32,000 nucleotides of DNA from Candidatus Saccharimonadota bacterium (GCA_021654395.1 AP024486.1:690001-722000); one strand, 5' to 3'; shown: positions 7,598 to 16,595, numbered from the stretch's first letter. Notes: generated by a model from the sequence alone, not told the origin. Made by a program: numbers and translations.

Positions 7598-8338
7598 CTA
7601 TTGATTATCTAAAGAGAAGTAGATCCTCTTCTTATCCTTTCCTCTATTCTCGATCTTTAGAAGCTTAATCTTACCTATCTCATTTGTATTATTAACGTGA
7701 GGTCCGCCATCTGCCTGTATGTCTATATCCGGTATCTCTACTATACGCCATATCTCTTGAGATGGTGGCATCTTCTCCATGAGCTTAACTATTCCATCTA
7801 TCTTCATTGCTTCATCTCTCTTCATAAAGTATATCTTTAGCTGTATGCCTTTACTTATTATGCCATTAGCCTCTTCTATTGCTGATGCTAAAGCAGCTCT
7901 TAGCTCTTCGCCGCTCTTGCTTATATTGTAATCGTCTCTAGCATAATCCTCGTAGATCTCTCCGCCCGTTATTAGTGCGTTATATCTCTTGTATATAATT
8001 GATGCAAGGATATGACTTGCTGTGTGAAGCTTCATTAACTTATATCTTCTATCCCAGTTTAGATGAACAGTAGCTTCATCGCCTATACTTGCATCGGGCT
8101 TTCTATCTAGTATATGTATAATACTATCACTATCTCTATCATCTAATGCATCTACTATATCATATCTACTACCATTAATCTCTATATATCCAGTATCGCT
8201 TACTAATCCGCTAGAGTGTGGATGAATAACTGTTCTATCTAATATTATCTTATTATCATCTATCGCTACTATCTTTGCCCTGTTCTCTTTAAGATAGCTA
8301 TCTTTAAGATATAATCTCTCCGTTGCCATATCTATCAT
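7598..8338 (-). CDS. alaX: AlaX-M-type Ala-tRNA(Ala) trans-editing protein (AlaRS second-additional-domain homologue)
   Basis: 246 aa. YLKDSYLKE N-terminus, WDRRYKLMKLHTASHIL (HxxxH zinc motif), C-terminal ...DGGPHVNNTNEIGKIKLLKIENRGKDKKRIYF. The usual CGGTH zinc motif reads DGGPH. Confidence 0.8.
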   Translation of the reverse strand: MIDMATERLYLKDSYLKENRAKIVAIDDNKIILDRTVIHPHSSGLVSDTGYIEINGSRYDIVDALDDRDSDSIIHILDRKPDASIGDEATVHLNWDRRYKLMKLHTASHILASIIYKRYNALITGGEIYEDYARDDYNISKSGEELRAALASAIEEANGIISKGIQLKIYFMKRDEAMKIDGIVKLMEKMPPSQEIWRIVEIPDIDIQADGGPHVNNTNEIGKIKLLKIENRGKDKKRIYFSLDNQ

Positions 8339-8472
8339 CTGCTTAATTACTTTAGATTTACGTTTTATCTTAATAAATTTAGCTTCGATTATCTAAGTAG
8401 CGTTAGGAAAGCTTTAAATATCATTTATTAAAACACTTTTTATAAGATGCAATATAGCATAAGCGCTTATAT

Positions 8473-8835
8473 ATGATTAGTAGGAATGGATCTAATATTA
8501 TATCTAAAGTTGTGAAGCCTTTCAGTAAATTTGCAAATATTATTAGAGAGTTATATTTAAATAAAGACAAAGACTATGAGAAGGCTGCCAATGTTTATTA
8601 TGAATGGATACAGCTTTTTCTTTCAGAAGATGTAGCTCGTAGAAAAAAGCTTGAAATAGATAATCTTGGAAGAGAGTTAACGGAATATGAAATTAAATTA
8701 ATAATTCTGAGCCGTTATAGATCCAAATATATTGATACATTTGATAGATTTGGAGCGCTTGAAAACCATATGGCGAATATCTTATATTTCCTTGAGCTAA
8801 TGAAAGAGACTAGGAATGATCAAATAAGAGATTAA
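8473..8835 (+). CDS. Hypothetical helical protein (120 aa)
   Basis: ORF with the local codon style. TTTTATAA lies about 32 nt upstream. No recognisable motif. Confidence 0.45.
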   Translation: MISRNGSNIISKVVKPFSKFANIIRELYLNKDKDYEKAANVYYEWIQLFLSEDVARRKKLEIDNLGRELTEYEIKLIILSRYRSKYIDTFDRFGALENHMANILYFLELMKETRNDQIRD

Positions 8836-8958
8836 TATCTTATATCTTTATTAAGCAAGGAGCTCCTTAAGTAGAATTAGAGATATCTCATATTATAATA
8901 TATAAATCTTTTTAAGCTTAATCTTATTAAGAATAACTTATATTCTAAGTGAGAGCTA

Positions 8959-9255
8959 ATGGCAGATCTTGCTAGCGAGATAAGATTAGCTGTTGATACT
9001 GGTAAGGTAGCTATAGGCAGCAAAGAGGTACTAGATGCCATAAGACATAATGAAGCAAAGCTCATAATTATAGCAAAGGCTGATGCTTATAACAGGTATG
9101 CAAATGATATAAAGCATAATGCAAAGCTAGCCAATATAAAGATAATAGAGTATAACGATACATCAAAGAGCTTAGGAGTAGTCTGCGGAAAGCCATATCC
9201 AGTATTGTCATTAGCTATTATAGATCAAGGAACATCAAACATCTTAAACATATAA
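8959..9255 (+). CDS. rpl30e: 50S ribosomal protein L30e
   Basis: 98 aa. TGKVAIGSKEVLDAIRHNEAKLIIIAKA ... SLGVVCGKPYPVLSLAIIDQGTSNIL matches L30e. It sits at the conserved position upstream of S12/S7/EF-2. Confidence 0.85.
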   Translation: MADLASEIRLAVDTGKVAIGSKEVLDAIRHNEAKLIIIAKADAYNRYANDIKHNAKLANIKIIEYNDTSKSLGVVCGKPYPVLSLAIIDQGTSNILNI

Positions 9256-9300
9256 AAATTTAAAGATTATCTTATATTAAAATGCATATAGAGTGAGTAT

Positions 9301-9729
9301 ATGCCAAATGGAGAGTTTGCTGCTAGAAAGTTAATAAAGGATAGAAAGAGACAGGTATTATTAAAGAAGTCTTTGAAGAGAAAGAAGCTAAGGCTTAAGG
9401 AGAAGTATGATCCACTAGGAGATGCTCCAAGAGCAAGAGGTATCGTTCTAAGCAAGTATACAGTACAGCAGAAGCAACCAAACTCTGGTAATATAAAGTG
9501 TGTAAGAGTTCAGCTAATAAAGAACGGAAGAGTTGTAGGTGCATTCGTACCATACGATGGTTCTATAAACTTCATAGAGGAGCACGATGAAGTAATAGTA
9601 GAGGGATTAGGAGGATCACAGAGAGGTCAGATGGGAGCAATACCAGGTCTAAGATACAAAGTTACTGCTGTTAATGGAGTTGATTTATGGCTTATAAGAA
9701 GTGGTAAGAAGGAGAAGCCTAAGAGATAA
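9301..9729 (+). CDS. rps12: 30S ribosomal protein S12 (uS12)
   Basis: 142 aa. [13 protein letters not shown]...[30 protein letters not shown]...[12 protein letters not shown] is the archaeal uS12 core. Confidence 0.95.
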   Translation: MPNGEFAARKLIKDRKRQVLLKKSLKRKKLRLKEKYDPLGDAPRARGIVLSKYTVQQKQPNSGNIKCVRVQLIKNGRVVGAFVPYDGSINFIEEHDEVIVEGLGGSQRGQMGAIPGLRYKVTAVNGVDLWLIRSGKKEKPKR

Positions 9730-10517
9730 TGGTGTTATATATGGCTAAGAAGAAGTCTAATAATGATAATAAGGATAAGAGCTCTGTAAAAGAGGAAAAA
9801 GAAAGCAAGCAAGAAGAGAAGCAAGCAGAGCAAAAAGCAGCTGAAGAGCATAAAGAAGAAACAAATGAGCAGAATGAAGTAAAGAAGGAGAGAAAGAGAT
9901 CTAAGGCGGAGATAAAGCTAAAGCTATTCAATAAGTATGACTTCTCAGAGGTAGATATTAAGGATGAGGCATTAAGAAACAAAGTAAATCTAAAGCCACT
10001 AGTATATCCAAATACATTTAGAAGAAGGAGTCAGCATGACTTTTCAGTAGAGAATGTGAACATAGTTGAAAGATTAGTAAACTATATGATGCGTGGAGGT
10101 ACTGGTAAGAAGGTTGGAGGAAAGGTAATAAGAACTGAAGGAAAGCTTCAAGGTAAGAAGCTAAGGGCCATAAAGATCGTAAGAAATGCATTTGAGATAA
10201 TAGAGCAGCAGACAAAGCAGAATCCTATACAGCTGCTAACAGATGCGATATCAAACTCAGCACCTATAGAGAGCGTAACTAGAGTAAGAACAGGAGGTGT
10301 TATAACAAGCGTTGCTGTAAACCTAAGTACATTAAAAGGAATGAGTATAGCATTGAGGAATATAGCGCATGGAGCAATAATATCAGCATTTAATAATAAG
10401 ACAACCTTAGAAGAGGCATTAGCAAGAGAGATAATACTTGCTGGCAGGAATGATCCAAATAGCTATGCTGTAAGAAGAAAGAATGAGATTGAGAGAATTG
10501 CGAAGACAGCAAGATAA
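9729..10517 (+). CDS. rps7: 30S ribosomal protein S7 (uS7) with a ~60-aa Lys/Glu-rich N-terminal extension
   Basis: 262 aa. The canonical archaeal uS7 core starts near KLKLFNKYDFSEVDIKD and ends ...NEIERIAKTAR. The start overlaps the S12 stop (TAATG); the alternative ATG at 9741 gives MAKKK... Confidence 0.9.
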   Translation: MVLYMAKKKSNNDNKDKSSVKEEKESKQEEKQAEQKAAEEHKEETNEQNEVKKERKRSKAEIKLKLFNKYDFSEVDIKDEALRNKVNLKPLVYPNTFRRRSQHDFSVENVNIVERLVNYMMRGGTGKKVGGKVIRTEGKLQGKKLRAIKIVRNAFEIIEQQTKQNPIQLLTDAISNSAPIESVTRVRTGGVITSVAVNLSTLKGMSIALRNIAHGAIISAFNNKTTLEEALAREIILAGRNDPNSYAVRRKNEIERIAKTAR

Positions 10518-10640
10518 AGTAATAGCATATCTTGCATTATACTTTCATCTAATATTGTTATTTTATTTAAAGTATTTTGATTATCTTTAAAGATACTATA
10601 AAAAGGATATTAATTATGCTAAGATTCTGCGTGATACTTT

Positions 10641-12824
10641 ATGGCAAGAAAGGAGCATATAGTTGAAGAGATTGTACAGTTAATGAAAGATCCAAAGCAT
10701 ATAAGAAATGTTGCTATAGTTGCGCATGTGCACCATGGAAAGACAACATTAACAGATGCGCTACTAGTAAAGGCAGGATTGATATCAAAGACAGTTGCAG
10801 GAGATGTATTATATACAAACTATGAGAAGATCGAACAGGAGAGAAGAATGACAATTAAATCAGCGAATATCTCATTAGGATTTGAGTTCAAGAATGAAGA
10901 GTATATAATAAATCTTATAGATACACCAGGGCATGTAGACTTTGGAGGGCATGTAACAAGATCGATGAGAGCAGTAGATGGAGTTATACTTGTTGTTGAT
11001 CCAGTAGAGATGATAATGCCCCAGACAGAGACAGTACTAAGACAAGCATTGCAAGAGAGAGCAAAGCCAGTGCTATTTATAAATAAGGTAGATAGACTAT
11101 TAACAGAGCTGAAGCTTACTCCAGAGCAGACTCAGAAGAGATTGGCTGATCTTATAGATGCAGTAAACAACTTAATAGAAAGATATGCTCCACCAGAGTT
11201 TGCATCTAAATGGAAGGTAAACGTTGCTAATGGAAGCGTCGCGATAGGATCTGCTTATGAGAGATGGGCAGTATCGAAGTATATACTAGAGAAGAATAAT
11301 GTAACATTTAAGGAAGTATTTAAGTATACACAAGAAGGCAATATACAGAAGCTACAAGAGATAGCACCAATAGAAGACTCGATATTAGCTATGGTTATAG
11401 AGCATCTTCCATCACCAATAGAGGCTCAGAAGTATAGAATAGAAAGGATATGGCATGGCGATCTAAACTCAGATATAGGAAAGGCTATGATAAATGTTGA
11501 TCCAAAGGCACCATTAGTTATGGCAGTATTTGGAATAACATATGATAAGCAGAGCGGAGAGGTAGCTGTAGCAAGAGTCTTCTCTGGAACTGTTAGAAAG
11601 GGTGTAGAGGTAAAGATATCTGGAAAGGATAAGCCACAAAGGATACAGCAAGTTGGTATATACATGGCAAAGGATAGAATAACTGTAGATGAGGTACCAG
11701 CAGGCAATATAGCAGCATTAGTAGGCCTAAAGGATATAAAGATAGGAGATACACTGAGCGAGATTGATGTTGAACCTTTTGAGCAGATAGTTCACTACTC
11801 TAAGCCAGTTGTAACAAAGGCGTTCGAGCCAAAAGACTCTAGAGATGCAGCAAAGCTTATAGAGACACTAGTAGAGATGTCAAAGACAGATCCAACAATG
11901 AAGCTAGAGATAAATGAGGAAACAGGAGAGTACTTAGTAATGGGAATGGGAGAGCTTCATCTAGAAGTAATAGAGTCAAAGGTTAGAGATGAGTATAATA
12001 TACCAATAACAACTAGTGAACCTATAGTAGTATATCAAGAGACTATAGAGAGCAAGTTCGGACCAGTTGAAGGTAAATCTCCTAACAAGCATTCAAGATT
12101 CTATATAACTGTTGAACCATTACCAAAGAGCGTTATAGAGGCTATAGAGAATGGTCAAGTCTCAGAAGGAAAGAAGATCAGTGTTGAGAAGCTTATAAAG
12201 GCAGGCTTATCTAGAGATATAGCAAAGGGAGTTGTAGATATATACAATACAAATATACTAGTAGATGCGACAAAAGGAGTTCAGTATATGAATGAAGTTA
12301 TGGAGTCAATAATAGAGGGATTCGAGAATGCAATGAAGGATGGACCATTAGCAAGAGAGAAGTGTTATGGAATAATGGTTAGTATAGTTGATGCAGTTAT
12401 ACACGAAGATCCTGTCCATAGAGGTCCAGCGCAGATAATACCAGCTATAAGAAATCCTATATATGCAGCTATGCTTAGTGCAGGAACTGTCTTACTAGAG
12501 CCTAAGCAGATCTTTACAATAACAGTACCTCAGAGCTATACATCTGCAGTAATAAATATGCTTCAGAGCAAGAGAGGTCAGCTTATAGAGATAAACCAGG
12601 ATATGGATCTATCTGTAATAAAGGCAAAGATGCCTGTAGCAGAGGTAATAAAAGGATTCTCAAATGAGATAAGAAGCTTAACGGAAGGAAGAGCGATATG
12701 GTACTCTGAGTTTGCAGGCTATGAGAAGCTGCCAACAAATCTACAGGATAAGATTGTAAGAGAGATTAGAACAAGAAAAGGCCAGAACCCAGAGCCACCA
12801 AAGGCAGAAGATTTCATGAGCTAA
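10641..12824 (+). CDS. fusA: Translation elongation factor 2 (aEF-2)
   Basis: 727 aa. GTPase motifs AHVHHGKTT, DTPGH, NKVD. Diphthamide-site motif HEDPVHRGPAQ. Sits at the conserved position after S7. Confidence 0.97.
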   Translation: MARKEHIVEEIVQLMKDPKHIRNVAIVAHVHHGKTTLTDALLVKAGLISKTVAGDVLYTNYEKIEQERRMTIKSANISLGFEFKNEEYIINLIDTPGHVDFGGHVTRSMRAVDGVILVVDPVEMIMPQTETVLRQALQERAKPVLFINKVDRLLTELKLTPEQTQKRLADLIDAVNNLIERYAPPEFASKWKVNVANGSVAIGSAYERWAVSKYILEKNNVTFKEVFKYTQEGNIQKLQEIAPIEDSILAMVIEHLPSPIEAQKYRIERIWHGDLNSDIGKAMINVDPKAPLVMAVFGITYDKQSGEVAVARVFSGTVRKGVEVKISGKDKPQRIQQVGIYMAKDRITVDEVPAGNIAALVGLKDIKIGDTLSEIDVEPFEQIVHYSKPVVTKAFEPKDSRDAAKLIETLVEMSKTDPTMKLEINEETGEYLVMGMGELHLEVIESKVRDEYNIPITTSEPIVVYQETIESKFGPVEGKSPNKHSRFYITVEPLPKSVIEAIENGQVSEGKKISVEKLIKAGLSRDIAKGVVDIYNTNILVDATKGVQYMNEVMESIIEGFENAMKDGPLAREKCYGIMVSIVDAVIHEDPVHRGPAQIIPAIRNPIYAAMLSAGTVLLEPKQIFTITVPQSYTSAVINMLQSKRGQLIEINQDMDLSVIKAKMPVAEVIKGFSNEIRSLTEGRAIWYSEFAGYEKLPTNLQDKIVREIRTRKGQNPEPPKAEDFMS

Positions 12825-12840
12825 TTATTAGCTCTATATC

Positions 12841-12845
12841 TTTTT
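12841..12845 (+). terminator. Oligo-T tract downstream of EF-2 (candidate archaeal terminator)
   Basis: A TTTTT run lies 17-21 nt after the EF-2 stop in a convergent intergenic region. Archaeal termination commonly uses oligo-T tracts. Confidence 0.3.
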
Positions 12846-12908
12846 ATATATTAATTTCTATTCTATATCTTATGTTTAAGCTAAATAGCTCTTTCTATCT
12901 AAGTAGTA

Positions 12909-15900
12909 CTAACAGCTTATATAGACTGTTATACTCTGCTTAATAGAGCCCTCTCTAGTAGCTGGAGGAACATGCAGTCTAAATAATAGATTTAGATAGC
13001 TGCTTGGAGTTAAATTCTCTATCTTGCTTAATGTATTACTTAAGCTTATAAAGCCTTTAGTCTTATTATATTCATAGCTAGTATTTGAAACACCAAAGGC
13101 AACGCTAAGATTCTGATAGATCCATGAAGATCCATTTATAAGAATTGATCCATTTACAGTTCCTGTATTCTGAATTGTTTCTATATTAGATGAGTTTATA
13201 TATCTATCTGGTAGAACGTTGTTAAATGCTATTATCGAGTTACTTAATGAGATAGAGCATACAAACTTTTTGAATAGTATATTTATTGTATTGGGTGCTA
13301 GAAAGTTACCATTAGAAGGATATGGTACATATGTGTATCCATTAGATGATACATTACTTACTGAAAAGTCATATAGAACAGGGAGCTCATTAAATGTTAT
13401 AACGTTTGATGTAGATGCATTAGAGAATTGGCTTGTTGAATTCTTAATTAAAACGCTCCAGTTTGTGCCGGCTGGCAGACCATTCTCTATGAACTTTATT
13501 AATGCGTAATCTATTGCATATAATGTTGAATTTCCTTTAACAGTTAGCTCTGCTGGATTGCTTGTTGAGCTTAATATACTTAGATTTGTATTAGATGCGT
13601 TCCAAGAGTGAAATATATAGTTGTTTAAAGGATATACATATATCTGACCACTTCCTATTAAGTATATATTGCTATTATTGCTTAGTGTTTCTCCATTAAT
13701 TGATATATTTAGATTATTAGGTATTGTTACTATATTTACTTTATATGAACTAAATACAAATACGTCAACAGATGAGTAGCAGCTACCAAAATAGCAATAT
13801 AAATAATATACACCTGCGTTGTATGTTCCTTTTTGAACTCTCTGACATACTGCTATAGCAGTACCGTATGTATAGCCATTGCCTGCTGTATTATTATTAA
13901 ATGTAACGATCTTGCAATTATTTGGTATATTATAATTTAATGCAACTAATGAAGCATTATAGCTATATGAAAGCGCTATTACAACAAATGAGTTATTATT
14001 AATTACATTATAATTAACTGCTGCAGTACCAGATGAACTAGAGGCATTAAAAGACTTATAATCAGTATAATTTAAAGCTAAACCACTTAATGATAATCCT
14101 TTACCAGTTGCACTAATCTTGCATATATTTGCTTTTTGAGCACCTATTGATGTTTGCGCGCTAGAATTACTTGATAAGCTCCAGCTTACAGAGCTTATTG
14201 GATTTGCAGCAGCACCACTGCATATATACAGCTTATATTTATTATTTAGGGTAAGAGAAAGGGTTCTTGAATTAGCACTTTTATTTGAGGCTATATAGCT
14301 TACATTAAATGCCTTATAAACATTTAGCATTAATGTAAGATTTCCTAATATCCCTAGCTTTGCTTTAGGGCTATAAGAGTTATTTATTGTTGCGTTTGAA
14401 GAGTTTGATAAGATCCATCTGTTAAATGTAAAACCAGAGGGCAGATTTGCAGCTATGCTTAATATACCAGAAGCGCTTATTATGCTTCCATTTTTATAAT
14501 TTACATTATTTATTGTTACTGTTGCATTAGATGGCTCCGTAACTATCTTTAACTTATAACTTACTGCCTTATAATTAATATACTGTGTAGAATTTGTTAA
14601 TAGATATCCAGAGCTTATATTCGGAGCATATGTTGCTTGCGTTGTTAATACTTTATGTGTTATAAACAAAAAGTTTCCAGTAGATGCTGTTGATATATTT
14701 ATCTCATTAGATGTAGACTGATTTGTTATATTAGCATATGTAATATTCCATAATGTATTAGTAGGCAGACCACTCTCAATGAAATGAGTTACTGCTGCAA
14801 CCTTACCATAATGAGCTATTATGCTTCCATTACCATCTAATGTTATATTTGTTATAATTGAGTCTGGATTCTGAATTGTTATGTTATTATTGCTGGATGA
14901 CCAATACTCAAAGAAGTAGCCTTTATTAGGAGATGCTTTTATCTGAGCTGTGCCTATTAGATCTAATGAGCTTCCATCGCTTAATGCAGTATTATTCACT
15001 ATTATGCTTCCATCATTAGGACTATCTTCAAAAGTTACTTTATATGGATTAAATACAAATGCTGCTAATGCAAAGCTTATAGGAGGAATAAAGAAGGACA
15101 TGCTATTGCTAAAGGTTAAGCTATAGCTGCCTGCAGCTTGATTACTGCATGTTATTATATTAACATTGCTATAATTTCCTGTTGCATTTACAACAGAGCT
15201 GCAGCCCTTCGGCAATGTAGGATAAGAGTTTATATTAAAATAACCATTTGCTTCTACTATAACTACAAAGCTTCCATTATCTGCTACATTATAATTTAAT
15301 GTTGCTGTGTACGTATTAGATGAAGAGTTTGTATATAAATTAAATTTGGTATAATTTAATGCTATACCACCAATAGTCAAACCATAGTAGAAGCCCTTAT
15401 TTATTTGTGAAGCTGAGCATATATTACTATTTGATATTCCTATAGAAGCATTAACCTTTTTTGTTGAGAAAGAAGCATTTGGAGCATTTACTATTACATT
15501 GCTGCTCCATGACGGCGCTGGATATAAGCTTGTATCATTGAACGCCCAGCTTGTACCTGCAGCACATATATAAAGCTTATAGTTACTTGGAAGCTTAACT
15601 GAAGCAGTAAGCTGCGAAGAGTTATCTATTGTATAGTTAGCTATATAAGATACAGCATATAGTGAAAAAGAATCAGAGTATGCTTTATATAGATAAGATC
15701 CTGAGCTATTTCTTACTAGATAGGTCTTTAGAGGATACCAAGAGCCGTTAGCTTCATTATACTTGTATAATGCTATCTGATAAGGAGATATATTAAGTTT
15801 ATCTATAAAGCTGCTGTTTACAGTAAAGTAGTAAGTAACATTACTTACTAAGCTATCTGAGAAGCTCTTGTTTATATATATTAGATAATCAACTTTCTTT

Positions 15901-16595
15901 TTATTTATATTAAAGTTACTGTATCTAATTATACTTACATTGATAGAGATATTATTAAGCTGGGTATTGAAATTTGCATATATCTGCTTTAATGGAATAC
16001 TTGAGTTTATTATTATAGGTATATCTACATCCTTATACGTTCTATCTATGCTTATATCTGCATAATTACTAGCTACTATCTTAGACTCATTTATATGAAG
16101 TATGCTTATCCTTTCTAATCTATTATGGTTATAATATCCTTTGGCTATATCTATGTAAGAGCTGTTATCATAAGATCTGATCAGATATAACTGCTTGCCT
16201 TGAGCTCTATTCTGAATATTGAGCTTCTTTATTAATCTAACTTTATTATATATATTATAACTTGATAGATTAGAGTAGTTATATAGCTCTTCTATATAGT
16301 AGCTCAGACTCTTTAGAAGAGAGCTATTGCTTTGATCTATACTATCTATAAGATCATTAAGATTAGAGATGCTGCTACTTATAGAGATATTTGTACCTAT
16401 AGGGCTGTTAGATATACTTATAAGGCTTTTAAGTGTTGGTTTTATGCTTATATTTAAGATTAATGAATTATTGCTTGAGCTGTTATTTGATATATTGATA
16501 ATTATATTTGATGTTAATGTATTGGCTGATTGTGCATAAGCATATCTAGCTATAATTACTGAAATCAGCATCAGAATTACATATAGCTTGTACAT
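12909..16595 (-). CDS. Large secreted, sequon-rich cell-surface protein (S-layer/adhesin candidate) with an internal module duplication
   Basis: 1228 aa. Sec-type signal peptide MYKLYVILMLISVIIARYAYA/QS. Asn/Ser/Thr-rich, with well over fifty N-x-S/T sequons by eye. Repeated modules YKLYIC...NIC...GLALNYT...NYNV..N.SFVVI, F..W B-repeat-like units, and FIE[SN]GLPxxTxW motifs. No C-terminal TM helix. Confidence 0.8.
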   Translation of the reverse strand: MYKLYVILMLISVIIARYAYAQSANTLTSNIIINISNNSSSNNSLILNISIKPTLKSLISISNSPIGTNISISSSISNLNDLIDSIDQSNSSLLKSLSYYIEELYNYSNLSSYNIYNKVRLIKKLNIQNRAQGKQLYLIRSYDNSSYIDIAKGYYNHNRLERISILHINESKIVASNYADISIDRTYKDVDIPIIINSSIPLKQIYANFNTQLNNISINVSIIRYSNFNINKKKVDYLIYINKSFSDSLVSNVTYYFTVNSSFIDKLNISPYQIALYKYNEANGSWYPLKTYLVRNSSGSYLYKAYSDSFSLYAVSYIANYTIDNSSQLTASVKLPSNYKLYICAAGTSWAFNDTSLYPAPSWSSNVIVNAPNASFSTKKVNASIGISNSNICSASQINKGFYYGLTIGGIALNYTKFNLYTNSSSNTYTATLNYNVADNGSFVVIVEANGYFNINSYPTLPKGCSSVVNATGNYSNVNIITCSNQAAGSYSLTFSNSMSFFIPPISFALAAFVFNPYKVTFEDSPNDGSIIVNNTALSDGSSLDLIGTAQIKASPNKGYFFEYWSSSNNNITIQNPDSIITNITLDGNGSIIAHYGKVAAVTHFIESGLPTNTLWNITYANITNQSTSNEINISTASTGNFLFITHKVLTTQATYAPNISSGYLLTNSTQYINYKAVSYKLKIVTEPSNATVTINNVNYKNGSIISASGILSIAANLPSGFTFNRWILSNSSNATINNSYSPKAKLGILGNLTLMLNVYKAFNVSYIASNKSANSRTLSLTLNNKYKLYICSGAAANPISSVSWSLSSNSSAQTSIGAQKANICKISATGKGLSLSGLALNYTDYKSFNASSSSGTAAVNYNVINNNSFVVIALSYSYNASLVALNYNIPNNCKIVTFNNNTAGNGYTYGTAIAVCQRVQKGTYNAGVYYLYCYFGSCYSSVDVFVFSSYKVNIVTIPNNLNISINGETLSNNSNIYLIGSGQIYVYPLNNYIFHSWNASNTNLSILSSTSNPAELTVKGNSTLYAIDYALIKFIENGLPAGTNWSVLIKNSTSQFSNASTSNVITFNELPVLYDFSVSNVSSNGYTYVPYPSNGNFLAPNTINILFKKFVCSISLSNSIIAFNNVLPDRYINSSNIETIQNTGTVNGSILINGSSWIYQNLSVAFGVSNTSYEYNKTKGFISLSNTLSKIENLTPSSYLNLLFRLHVPPATREGSIKQSITVYISC
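13266..14237 (-). repeat. Intragenic protein-level repeat, copy B (aa ~787-1110 of the surface protein)
   Basis: Starts at YKLYICSGA (Tyr787 codon at 14235-14237), 448 aa (1344 nt) after copy A. Contains NICKISATGKGLSLSGLALNYT, NYNVINNNSFVVI, NYIFHSW, KFIENGLPAGTNWSVLI. Confidence 0.7.
14562..15581 (-). repeat. Intragenic protein-level repeat, copy A (aa ~339-678 of the surface protein)
   Basis: Starts at YKLYICAAG (Tyr339 codon at 15579-15581) and runs through GYFFEYW...HFIESGLPTNTLWNITY. Collinear with copy B. The DNA copies are diverged. Confidence 0.7.

Noticed and set aside
8877-9455. Two 62-aa minus-strand ORFs (8877-9065 and 9267-9455) opposite L30e and S12
   Set aside because: They overlap conserved ribosomal protein genes on the other strand, are short, and carry no motifs.
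9719-9982. 87-aa Ser/Phe/Leu/Cys-rich ORF on the minus strand
   Set aside because: It is the antisense mirror of the Lys/Glu-rich (AAG/GAA-repeat) extension of uS7. Low-complexity antisense frames stay open by chance, and there is no independent coding signal.
11426-11707. 93-aa minus-strand ORF opposite EF-2
   Set aside because: It is antisense to EF-2. This is a shadow ORF.
13219-13509. 96-aa plus-strand ORF inside the surface-protein gene
   Set aside because: It lies entirely within the 1228-aa minus-strand CDS, which has a signal peptide and repeat architecture. This is a shadow ORF.
12909-16595. Asn/Ser-rich low-complexity region, considered as possibly non-coding repeat DNA or an artefactual ORF
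   Set aside because: A 3.7-kb uninterrupted frame in AT-rich DNA with a signal peptide, conserved Cys spacing and collinear duplicated protein modules is not expected by chance.
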